The notes: generated by a model from the letters alone, not told the origin. Counted from the first letter of the stretch, positions 27,826 through 36,121 are shown. The stretch is DNA of 36,122 nt from Candidatus Thorarchaeota archaeon (GCA_016839605.1 JAEOTX010000170.1:1-36122); one strand, 5' to 3'. A program made the numbers and translations.

Positions 27826-30272
27826 TGCGACACATTAAGACCCGTATCCGGTGAATAAACATCTTGATCTCTATTCATGTATATTATACCAAATAATAGA
27901 CGTCCCTCGTGGTCACAAACACTTTCTATCTTGCCTCTGAGGTCTTCATAATGCCTGCTGCTTAGATCAATGCTATATCTATAGAATGCAGAAGGTATGC
28001 TCAGCTTCTTCTCAATTAACTTGCTATCTATCTCGGTCAAAATTGATTCAGATTTATTGTCGCAGTTGATGAAAATCTGGCATGCAGACTCGTTTCTATC
28101 AATGAGTCTGAACTTTCGTCCAAGGTCATCCCACTCTAGATGTTCTGCATGATTGAGTGCCACATTCGTTACCTTTCGCTCCCGAATATCAACAAAATAC
28201 TGAGAGAGCCTTTCTCTTAGTTTCTCCTCACTGTATGAGTTTCCTCCCTGCTCTTGTAAGACCTCTCTGGTCATCTCAAGGTCTACTTCGTCATAGACAC
28301 TCTGTGCATACCCTCGATTCGTTTCAGGATCGAATACACATCTCACATTGACGATGCCAAGTTGTTCATGTTCCCAGTTTCTGTTACAGCGGCCTGCAAC
28401 CTGAATGATTGAGTCCAGTGGTGCTAGATCTCTAAAAGCGATGTCAAAAGAAACATCTACACCTGCCTCAATCACTTGAGTACAGACTAGGATGACACGC
28501 GACTTGCGTGATTTGAGTGACTCTCTAAGTGAAACAATTGTCTGCCTTCTATGGACTGGAGCAACCCAACCTGAGAGGAAATAGATTATATCATTTGGAC
28601 CAAGGCAGCTCTGAATTTTCGAGTACACAGAGGCAGCAGCAGCTTTTGTGTTTAGCACCACCAACACATTCGAGGCGGGGTTCTCTCCTAGCCCCTCAAT
28701 GACCTCCTGAGTGAACTCTTCAAGAGGTATACGGGTCGAGTCATATTGCACCTGGTACCTATTGACTCCGGTCCCATCCACAATTGTAGTTAGCATTTCC
28801 TCAGGTTTGAGAATTGTAGGCATAGTTGCAGTTGCAAGCAGAACATGACAGCCAAGGTTTCTAGTGAGTGCTCGTATCGTTTCAGCAATGATGTCCCAAT
28901 ATTTTACAGGGAAGGATTGTACCTCGTCCATCAGGATTATCGAGCGTGCAAGCCTATTGAAGCGGATAGAGTCCCGCTTGGATGAACCCAAAATAGTTTC
29001 ACATAGCCGCACTGTTGTCGTGATGATGATATCAGAACGCCACCTGTCCACAAAGACACTGATGCTCTTTGGGTCGTAATACTCACCTTCAGAACGCCAC
29101 TTCATCTCGCTCAACGAGTGATGCACCGTGAGGAGGGCATCATTCTCCTCATGGTCTATGTCAAAGATGTCCCTGACGAGGTTCTCAACTTGTTCTGCAA
29201 TAGAGATGAATGGTAATGCATAGATGATTCTTGGTGTGAAACTCTCTTGTCTGCGGATTTTTTCACGTATCCTGATTGCGTATGACATCATTGCAAGCGT
29301 CTTTCCAGACCCTGTTGGTGCCTGTAGGGATAAGATTCGAGAAGTTGAACTTAATGCCTCATTTGTGAGATGATATGTGTCCTCTCTCAAGTGTTTGATG
29401 CGTTCCTCTCGTTCATTGGTTGGCGACCGCCAGACACCACTCTGGATTTGTCGCGTCCGATAGAGGTCAATGACATTCTCCTTGATTGTGCTCCTAGGCA
29501 AATCACGCACCACTGAGTGTTTGCCAGTATCTCCAAGAGAGAATCCCGCGTCGTACTCGTCCATGTCACATAGAATGGAGTAGAGAAATCGGTAGAGAAT
29601 GTAATCATCAAGTGATGAGTTCTTTCGATATACTTCAAGGACGTCTTCAATGTCATCTAAAAGACACAGCAAACCGTTATGGTCGAGTCCTAGGAGTTCA
29701 TTGACCGAATCTAATATTGCAAAACTGCTCTGTGGGAAGACAGAATCTGTCAATTGTGGGTCCTCTTTGAAAAGCTCTCTCAGAAGGCTAAGAATCTGAG
29801 ATGTATTGTCGACCTCCTCTCGCAGCATTTCGATTAATGACACTGCTGAGTCCTTTGTTGGCAATGGATTGATGGCCTGAGGGGAGTGATGTTGAAGGAT
29901 TGCTAACATTGCAAATCCAGATAGACAGAATCTGACATCTTCAGGGATATCTGAAAACAACTGCCTTGTTGCCAAGAACCCGAGGAGTGAACCAACATGT
30001 GTATGATAAGACAGAGGAATTTCAGCAGTAGGAATGATTTCATCATTCACCTTGCGCTGAAAGACTGGGGAAGACTTGCCAAAGTCATGGCAATACGCGA
30101 TTGTTTGGACAAGTTGTTCGAGTCGCTTTTGTGTTTCCCTATCTCCAAGAAATGATTCAAGTCTTTCATAATGTGGATGAACATCTTTGAGAATTGCTAG
30201 GGTTCCAGATGCAACTACATCGTTATGTGTCCTAAGCGATTGATGCGGTCGTGCCTTCGACCTGTCCATCAA
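27819..30272 (-). CDS. cas3: CRISPR-associated helicase/nuclease Cas3 (HD + SF2)
   Basis: HD motif CHDFGK, QHH, D-x-D; APTGSGKT, MDEVQ, TAT, TQVIEAGVD, QVAGRCNR. Confidence 0.96.
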   Translation of the reverse strand: MMDRSKARPHQSLRTHNDVVASGTLAILKDVHPHYERLESFLGDRETQKRLEQLVQTIAYCHDFGKSSPVFQRKVNDEIIPTAEIPLSYHTHVGSLLGFLATRQLFSDIPEDVRFCLSGFAMLAILQHHSPQAINPLPTKDSAVSLIEMLREEVDNTSQILSLLRELFKEDPQLTDSVFPQSSFAILDSVNELLGLDHNGLLCLLDDIEDVLEVYRKNSSLDDYILYRFLYSILCDMDEYDAGFSLGDTGKHSVVRDLPRSTIKENVIDLYRTRQIQSGVWRSPTNEREERIKHLREDTYHLTNEALSSTSRILSLQAPTGSGKTLAMMSYAIRIREKIRRQESFTPRIIYALPFISIAEQVENLVRDIFDIDHEENDALLTVHHSLSEMKWRSEGEYYDPKSISVFVDRWRSDIIITTTVRLCETILGSSKRDSIRFNRLARSIILMDEVQSFPVKYWDIIAETIRALTRNLGCHVLLATATMPTILKPEEMLTTIVDGTGVNRYQVQYDSTRIPLEEFTQEVIEGLGENPASNVLVVLNTKAAAASVYSKIQSCLGPNDIIYFLSGWVAPVHRRQTIVSLRESLKSRKSRVILVCTQVIEAGVDVSFDIAFRDLAPLDSIIQVAGRCNRNWEHEQLGIVNVRCVFDPETNRGYAQSVYDEVDLEMTREVLQEQGGNSYSEEKLRERLSQYFVDIRERKVTNVALNHAEHLEWDDLGRKFRLIDRNESACQIFINCDNKSESILTEIDSKLIEKKLSIPSAFYRYSIDLSSRHYEDLRGKIESVCDHEGRLLFGIIYMNRDQDVYSPDTGLNVSQS

Positions 30273-31087
30273 GAACCACCTAAGGGACCAACGGGAAGAG
30301 GTACCACAAACGTATCTGGTGTGGCTTCAACAAGAGCAACAACACCATGTTTCTTCGTCTTTACTACGATTGGACGTTCTTGATCTTTGATTTGATATGC
30401 AACGGAATCAACCAAGTCGGCACTACCAAATGGATGGACATAATCCCCGTATAATTCGACAGGGGTAGTCTTCATTGACATTGGAACACCATGAACAAGT
30501 ACAAAGTCTCCAGTCATTCTCATACGACGATCAACTGAGAGAGAAACAATGCTTGAAACAGAGTGTTCTCCTGAATCAAGAGGTTTGTATTGGCTCCGAG
30601 AGATGAACTCCACCTCAGCTAGCATATTTGCATGTCCAAGATACGGGGGGTATGTGAAGAGATGGTTTCGTAGTGCATTCTCCAATTCATCCATCATATC
30701 ATCATCATTCAAGCCGACATAAAATCTGAATCTTGGTTCAACAAGAAGGTCAAGTCGCTGCTGAGTGTTCATACCACGTTGTGTTTCAGGGTCTGAGGGT
30801 ATTGGTATCATCATCTCTCCGATTCTAGTCGGAAACTTGGTCTGTGTGAAATTAACAGTCATTCCAAGCTTATGACTTGGTTGTAGAACCTCTACCGCGA
30901 TAACTGAGTTTCTAAATGGATTTGCCAGATCCCAATAGGAGTTCCTCGGAAGACCAAGGATTGCTCCAATGAGTCCAATGATTGCAGTCCTAGGTGGAAA
31001 TGGAAAGGTAAGAGCACTTCGCGTGGTTTCAGGAGTCTTGAAGGTTGCATATCTTCCTGATACATCGAAGACCAAGAACTCGGTCAT
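30269..31087 (-). CDS. cas5: Type I-B Cas5 (Cas5h)
   Basis: LVFDVSGRYATFK...LTFPFPPRTAIIGLIGAILG; YPPYLG. Confidence 0.93.
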   Translation of the reverse strand: MTEFLVFDVSGRYATFKTPETTRSALTFPFPPRTAIIGLIGAILGLPRNSYWDLANPFRNSVIAVEVLQPSHKLGMTVNFTQTKFPTRIGEMMIPIPSDPETQRGMNTQQRLDLLVEPRFRFYVGLNDDDMMDELENALRNHLFTYPPYLGHANMLAEVEFISRSQYKPLDSGEHSVSSIVSLSVDRRMRMTGDFVLVHGVPMSMKTTPVELYGDYVHPFGSADLVDSVAYQIKDQERPIVVKTKKHGVVALVEATPDTFVVPLPVGPLGGS

Positions 31088-31098
31088 CTCGCAGACTC

Positions 31099-32079
31099 CT
31101 ACATACCTATCATACCAGTGCGTATCCCTGTCTTTGATAGGAACCCTTCAAGGTCTGTTGATTGCTCATCCTCGTACCTGAAGGTTGTTTGTCCGTCAGA
31201 GTAGTACTCAATCCGATCAATGTGTTCGATGTTCTCCTCAAGCCGGGTCACCAAGGCGGTGATATCGATGATAGCATCATCGATTCTTAAGACTCCATCC
31301 TCCTTGTCAATCATAACATGACGCCATAAATCACCAATCTGGAACTTTGCCTTCTTTGATACAGCTGAAACAATAAAGCGGGGTATCTGTTGAGATTTAG
31401 ACCTAGTATTGAGAGCCTTAGTTCCCCACCACAGTCCTCGATATACCTCTAACATATCCTCTTCCGTCATTCCTGTTATCTTTGCACTACGTTCACAAGC
31501 TATACCATGGAAAAGGATTAAGGAGTAATCCACAACATGAAACTCACCAAGAGTGCCAGCGCCTTTCTCCTCTCCAGAGGATAGACTTGCACTCAGTCCA
31601 TATGTTATAACATTGGGTTTGTTCAATGATCTACCAATGTTGAACTGAACAGGACCAACAATTGATGTATTAGCGGACTCAAGAGTCACTGCAGCACCAA
31701 AACATCGCACATCAATGAACTCCTTTGGAAACTTGTCCATGATTGTCTTTCGTACTTTCTTCCCCTCACTCTTGCTAATCTTTTTGAGTCCGAGTTTTTC
31801 GAGTGCAAGATGAGCCATAGACATTACATAGCCCTCGGGACTGTATTTTTGCTTCACTAGGATATCCATATGCTTCGTACCATGATGTACAGTATCCCAG
31901 TAATCGCGTATTGTACGTTTCAACCTTAGGTCTGTTACAATATTATAGCCCTCATCATCCACCCTAGGTAGGTTTCCACTATCAGGATCACCATTTGGGT
32001 TAGAGTCCTTAACCTCATAGGCAAAGAGTATCTCTCGCCTGTTTTCCAGTTCGCCGTCTGTTTTTCGTTTCTTACTCAT
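31099..32079 (-). CDS. cas7: Type I-B Cas7 (Csh2)
   Basis: NRREILFAYEVKDSNPNGDP...PR...VTDLRLKRTIRDY; IDVRCFGA; GPVQF; TRSK. Confidence 0.95.
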   Translation of the reverse strand: MSKKRKTDGELENRREILFAYEVKDSNPNGDPDSGNLPRVDDEGYNIVTDLRLKRTIRDYWDTVHHGTKHMDILVKQKYSPEGYVMSMAHLALEKLGLKKISKSEGKKVRKTIMDKFPKEFIDVRCFGAAVTLESANTSIVGPVQFNIGRSLNKPNVITYGLSASLSSGEEKGAGTLGEFHVVDYSLILFHGIACERSAKITGMTEEDMLEVYRGLWWGTKALNTRSKSQQIPRFIVSAVSKKAKFQIGDLWRHVMIDKEDGVLRIDDAIIDITALVTRLEENIEHIDRIEYYSDGQTTFRYEDEQSTDLEGFLSKTGIRTGMIGM

Positions 32080-32494
32080 TTCTTTCACCTCTTACTCTGT
32101 TGAAAGAATCATATCCATATACAAATGCAATCTGCAGCTCCTCTGGTCTACTAGTCCACTCTGCTTGAGTTAGAAGCTCAGATGCAAATGCTCTATGTTT
32201 CCAACTCACTCTTCCCTCTGCTCTGCTTTGAACTTTGAATATCAGAGAGCTGGCTTCTGCCATCATGCTCTCCAGTCTTTTTCGGTCAAGATGGTCGAAT
32301 GACCTTGCTACAGCTTTTGCAAGCCCTTTTGTTCGGAACTCAGTTTCCTGAAGGTAGACTGCATAACTCAAGAATGCACCAGTTGCGCACGCCGCTCTCA
32401 CATCTGTCTTCTTATAGAAATGCGAATTGAAAGACTTGCTCATGTCCTCAATCACATTGTCAACAATTGATTTCTCGTCTTGATTTTCTGTCAT
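32072..32494 (-). CDS. cas11: Cas11-like small subunit (equivalent to the C-terminal helical domain of Cas8b/Csh1)
   Basis: 140-aa helical ORF between cas8b and cas7 with G-x6-Q (TGAFLSYAVYLQ) and W..E..F..G (EWTSRPEELQIAFVYG) motifs typical of the Cas8b tail; TAATG overlap with cas8b. Confidence 0.7.
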   Translation of the reverse strand: MTENQDEKSIVDNVIEDMSKSFNSHFYKKTDVRAACATGAFLSYAVYLQETEFRTKGLAKAVARSFDHLDRKRLESMMAEASSLIFKVQSRAEGRVSWKHRAFASELLTQAEWTSRPEELQIAFVYGYDSFNRVRGERNE

Positions 32495-33942
32495 TATTTT
32501 TTACCCCCTAGTAAATCATGATTGTAAAGAGTGTCGTACAGGGTTAGAAGGTCTCGCACTCTGCGTCCCACGAATCTCTGAGTCTGTAACTTTCTCTTGC
32601 CATCCTTCTCACGTATCATGTCCAGAAACATGTGTCTGATAGTGTCCTCTCTGTCATCAGGTCGATACGTAGCTCCAGCTCTTAGAAGTAATCGTCTATC
32701 CACACGTGTGCCAAGAAAGAGTGCGCCAAGGAATGCTGGGAGGACCTTTGGTCCCATGATGTGAAACAGTCGCTGAGTCTTGATTTCAGTCATTCTTGAT
32801 AGACCAAACCCACGCGAGATATCTTCCAGAATGGATGTAATCTCCCTCAAGCGTGTTCCAGGAAAGAAATATGAACCAACCATATTCTTCATCCTGGATT
32901 GGGCTGACTCGTAATAGAAGGCCACAGTATACGACAACCTGTGAGGGAGAACTGATAGGGCCTCAGCAAGGTCTACATTTTCCCGTCGACGTTCGACCTT
33001 TTCCAAAGCGTCCTTGATAGATTGAACAGCACGAGCTTGTCCTCTTCTTGAAACATTGATGAGTGCTCTTACGCACTGTTCCAGGCTTGTCTTGTTCTCT
33101 GTATTAGGAATAATCTGATATCTGACAGGAGTCGTTCCACGACCTCTTCGTACAGAGTAGGCATAGAACGTCATCTCAGACTCAATTATGTTCAAACCAA
33201 CGGTGGCCTGAGTAGTACACTCCTCACAGAGGGGAAACTGCGTAGAATTATTGGGATTGAACCCAATAGAATATCCTACCTGATCGAGTGTGAACATCTT
33301 CGCTGCTGCAAAGCTTGAAACTGAATTCCTTCTCTTACCACATCCATGACACACGACTCCTGAGTCCTCAACAATGGAGCTACTAGTGAATGAATTGACA
33401 AAGAGTTGTCTTAGCTGTTCCAATTCGCCAGGCCAACGATAAGCGCCATCTTCAGGAGCATCAAGTATTCTTAGAATCAGCCACTTTGGTGCGGTATTGG
33501 AAGTGAATTCGTTGGATATGAACAAGTATTCGGAAACAACATCATAGATCCTTTCAAGATTATGCGATAGCCATTGATTCAGCTGTGACACTAGAACGTC
33601 ATTCGTCCCTCTTGTTCGAGTCACAATCCGTCCTAGCTGACTCTTTTTCTTTAGGTTCATAGATTGATTCTCGTCATCCCTTGCCGCCTCCCACTTACGA
33701 AAATCAATTGGATGACAGATGGATGGGAGGGAGTTGCCAGGGGCATATCCAAGAGCATAGAGGGCCTTTTCTTCGTCTTTGAACTCGTAAGACTTGGGAA
33801 CCAAAGGTGAGTCGTTATCCCATATATTGCAGTCTAACACAGCCAGTAGTTTTATGCGGCCTTTATAGCTCTGTTCTATCAGGGCACTATAATAATCTGT
33901 ATCCACAAGTGCTCCAATACGTACAAGCTGTTGAATGATCAT
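32494..33942 (-). CDS. cas8b: Type I-B large subunit Cas8b (Csh1/TM1802-like), lacking the C-terminal domain
   Basis: MIIQQLVRIG start, CHGCG...FTLDQVGY...FPLCEEC Zn finger, YQIIP; position between cas6 and cas7. Confidence 0.8.
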   Translation of the reverse strand: MIIQQLVRIGALVDTDYYSALIEQSYKGRIKLLAVLDCNIWDNDSPLVPKSYEFKDEEKALYALGYAPGNSLPSICHPIDFRKWEAARDDENQSMNLKKKSQLGRIVTRTRGTNDVLVSQLNQWLSHNLERIYDVVSEYLFISNEFTSNTAPKWLILRILDAPEDGAYRWPGELEQLRQLFVNSFTSSSIVEDSGVVCHGCGKRRNSVSSFAAAKMFTLDQVGYSIGFNPNNSTQFPLCEECTTQATVGLNIIESEMTFYAYSVRRGRGTTPVRYQIIPNTENKTSLEQCVRALINVSRRGQARAVQSIKDALEKVERRRENVDLAEALSVLPHRLSYTVAFYYESAQSRMKNMVGSYFFPGTRLREITSILEDISRGFGLSRMTEIKTQRLFHIMGPKVLPAFLGALFLGTRVDRRLLLRAGATYRPDDREDTIRHMFLDMIREKDGKRKLQTQRFVGRRVRDLLTLYDTLYNHDLLGGKK

Positions 33943-34703
33943 CTCACAGTCCCCTTAAGATGTTCTAAGGTCTGAATCGGAATGCCATCCAGAATTGACC
34001 GGACCATTCCGAAACCCATGCTGTTCTTCTCACCCAAGCCGCAGTCATATGCGAAGTCAATGAGCTGCGGGTCGCCTCTCAGTCTGATTTTGTAATAGTA
34101 GGAGCGGTGCCAGATGTCCACGATGCGTACCATTTTCCGCTGAACATCCCAAATCGACACAACTTCAAGGTCACCAGGTTCTTCCTTCTTGAACTCTGAG
34201 TACTTCCTCCTTAGTTTCTCTACAAGCAGCTCTGCATAATCCATATCGTCTGGTCCAATCTCCCATTGTTTGGTCTGTCCGTCCTTCTGGATGATTGTCC
34301 TCACGAGCGTGGGTGACATTGAGATTAACGTGTCCTCACCTCTACTGTTGGAATACTCATAGGGCTCGGAAACAGATAAGACTCTGAAGGGAACTCCCTG
34401 AATGCTGATTGAATCAACATCATTCAGAGATGAGATCATCACATCTAACAGGTTATTGTCAGGTGTGCTATACCAAAGAGTCGCGCCCCCAAGGGCTTTT
34501 ATCCCATTCTTCCGTGTCTGTATCGAATCGATGTATAGCCGAGAGAATGAGAAGAATTTGTAAGATTTCTGATCGTGAAGAGCGTCATATTCTGTCCCTT
34601 TGAGCAAGCTAAACAGAGCTGATGCTACTGAATGCTGATAATTGTAGTCGATGACACACGGTCCAGATGTCATCTCTGGAATAATGACCAAACGAATTCT
34701 CGT
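33939..34703 (-). CDS. cas6: CRISPR endoribonuclease Cas6 (start ACG 34703 or TTG 34691)
   Basis: YNYQH, LHD..YKFFSFS, SP motif, C-terminal G-loop YDCGLGEKNSMGFGMV. Confidence 0.95.
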   Translation of the reverse strand, partial: TRIRLVIIPEMTSGPCVIDYNYQHSVASALFSLLKGTEYDALHDQKSYKFFSFSRLYIDSIQTRKNGIKALGGATLWYSTPDNNLLDVMISSLNDVDSISIQGVPFRVLSVSEPYEYSNSRGEDTLISMSPTLVRTIIQKDGQTKQWEIGPDDMDYAELLVEKLRRKYSEFKKEEPGDLEVVSIWDVQRKMVRIVDIWHRSYYYKIRLRGDPQLIDFAYDCGLGEKNSMGFGMVRSILDGIPIQTLEHLKGTVR

Positions 34704-34849
34704 TTCCTCTACCCCCAGTACCTCCTATGAGCGTGCGTGAGTGACGCGCATGTAGCTAGAACTCTGTGCGCTAATAAGAGGTTCTCTCAAATTCTCTGAG
34801 AAATGTTCACTCTTTAGATAACCAAAGACTGTGAACACTCTGAGGTTCT

Positions 34850-34934
34850 TGCAGAACTGGAGGTTTTCAGAAACTGCTTGAAGAAAGGGGCCTCATAATG
34901 CTTATTTTGGCGAAAAGGGCTATAAGAAATGGCG
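34850..34934 (+). promoter_or_regulatory. CRISPR leader 2, divergent from cas6
   Basis: Near-copy of leader 1. Confidence 0.85.
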
Positions 34935-35100
34935 GTATGAATCGAACTACAAGTAGGATTGAAACAAGTATTGCCCAGAGGCCCAACCCGCTAGATTTAC
35001 CTGTATGAATCGAACTACATGTAGGATTGAAACCACATCGGCGGGGATGCCAACACAGCAGGAACTGTGGTATGAATCGAACTATAAATGGGGTTGAAAC
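34935..35100 (+). CRISPR. CRISPR mini-array 2: 3 repeats (last degenerate), 2 spacers
   Basis: Same repeat at 34935, 35003 and 35070; spacers of 37 and 36 nt. Confidence 0.95.
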
Positions 35101-35142
35101 CCCTATGTAGAAAGCCAATCAGTAACTCGGTCATTACCAAAG

Positions 35143-35877
35143 ATGAGGAATGGAACTCGTGATTTATGGATGCCCACAGTAATCGATAAGATGATTCGGT
35201 TAGCTGGAATTCCACCTGGTGATCGAACAATTTTGAACTATGGTTTGCCAGAACTTAGCATGACTTGGTCAATACCTGCAATCTGTGAATACTTCAAACA
35301 AATGATTGCACAAGAGAGTAAAATCGATTCCAATGGTCGCATTGTTTGGGGCCGCACTAATGCTTTATATGCTGGAAAGAAGACTCAAGCCTACAACTTC
35401 AAATCACAAATTTCTGTAGATGCTTACAATTTCCTGAAGACATCTGGACAAATGAGGGAGTTAAAGAAAGCCAAAGGTTACGAGAAAATCAGAGAGAGAT
35501 ACATAGCTTTGGGACGACTTGCTGATTTGAAGAATAACAGACACTCAAAAGAATCAGTTATAGCTGCGGAATTGATTGAGGTCATCGAACACAATCGAAA
35601 TAGGTTAATTGATGATAAAACTAATCTTCTGAAGAAACTCGGATTTTCTGTTAGTGTTGCACCACGTAGACTTTCCTACCACAAGAACAGTGAGAGAGTC
35701 ACCGTAAGCTGGAGTGCTAACATCAATAGTATTTCCTCTAAAATCATGGTTGCACTAGTTATGTTTCCAAGACATCCTACTAAATCTCTGCGCTTGAAAA
35801 ACTGGTTACAAAGCAGGTCGAAGGATGAAATCGACACTGCAATTGGGAATCTCAGGAAAAGAGGATTCACATTATAG
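35143..35877 (+). CDS. Hypothetical basic protein, LAGLIDADG-like fold, probably N-terminally truncated
   Basis: GIPPGDRT..N..LP followed by EYFKQMIAQESKI resembles a degenerate second LAGLIDADG motif; later LLKKLGFSV. Visibly AT-richer than host genes. Confidence 0.5.
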   Translation: MRNGTRDLWMPTVIDKMIRLAGIPPGDRTILNYGLPELSMTWSIPAICEYFKQMIAQESKIDSNGRIVWGRTNALYAGKKTQAYNFKSQISVDAYNFLKTSGQMRELKKAKGYEKIRERYIALGRLADLKNNRHSKESVIAAELIEVIEHNRNRLIDDKTNLLKKLGFSVSVAPRRLSYHKNSERVTVSWSANINSISSKIMVALVMFPRHPTKSLRLKNWLQSRSKDEIDTAIGNLRKRGFTL

Positions 35878-35888
35878 AATAAAGAAAA

Positions 35889-35966
35889 TGGTGCCCCGGC
35901 CGGGATTCGAACCCGGGTCGTTGACTCGAAAGGCCAAAATGCTGGGCCGGGCTACACTACCGGGGC
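35889..35966 (-). tRNA. tRNA-Glu (anticodon TTC), CCA encoded, intronless
   Basis: GCCCCGG/CCGGGGC acceptor stem, anticodon arm TTGGC-CTTTCGA-GTCAA, T-arm CCGGG-TTCGAAT-CCCGG, ACCA end; CTTAATAA box upstream. Confidence 0.98.
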
Positions 35967-36028
35967 ATTGGAGCATCGGACTCGAACATGCTGTTATTAA
36001 GATTGCGCAGCAGTCCCTGATAGTTAAC

Positions 36029-36121
36029 TCATTTAGCGGAAGCCGTCAGAGGCTTCACCACAGAAGTCCTCAACAGAGCTCGAAGCTCAAACTTCCTTGG
36101 TGCAGAACGAATTGCTTTCGC
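36029..36121 (-). CDS. 3' end of an unidentified gene entering from the right edge
   Basis: Open frame AKAIRSAPRKFELRALLRTSVVKPLTASAK* ending just upstream of the tRNA promoter. Confidence 0.35.
   Translation of the reverse strand, partial: AKAIRSAPRKFELRALLRTSVVKPLTASAK

Larger units (their letters stand above)
27392..35917. mobile_element. About 8.5-kb island integrated at the tRNA-Glu 3' end, carrying type I-B CRISPR-Cas; no integrase seen
   Basis: Bounded by direct repeats of the tRNA 3' end; content is accessory and breaks the housekeeping run after nadC. Confidence 0.85.

Noticed and set aside
27623-35069. Self-targeting by spacers, e.g. spacer 1 vs the smc RQEEIR region, TAGAAC in the cas6 promoter, TGTCGTCG shared by spacers 2 and 3
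   Set aside because: Only 6-8 nt coincidences were seen by eye. No convincing protospacer in this window, though a computational search is still needed.
34867-35230. 83-aa and 71-aa minus-strand ORFs
   Set aside because: They run through CRISPR array 2 and its leader.
27392-35917. CRISPR-associated transposon (type I-B CAST) interpretation
   Set aside because: No tnsA/B/C/tniQ, Cas3 looks intact, and the ends are tRNA duplications rather than Tn7 ends.
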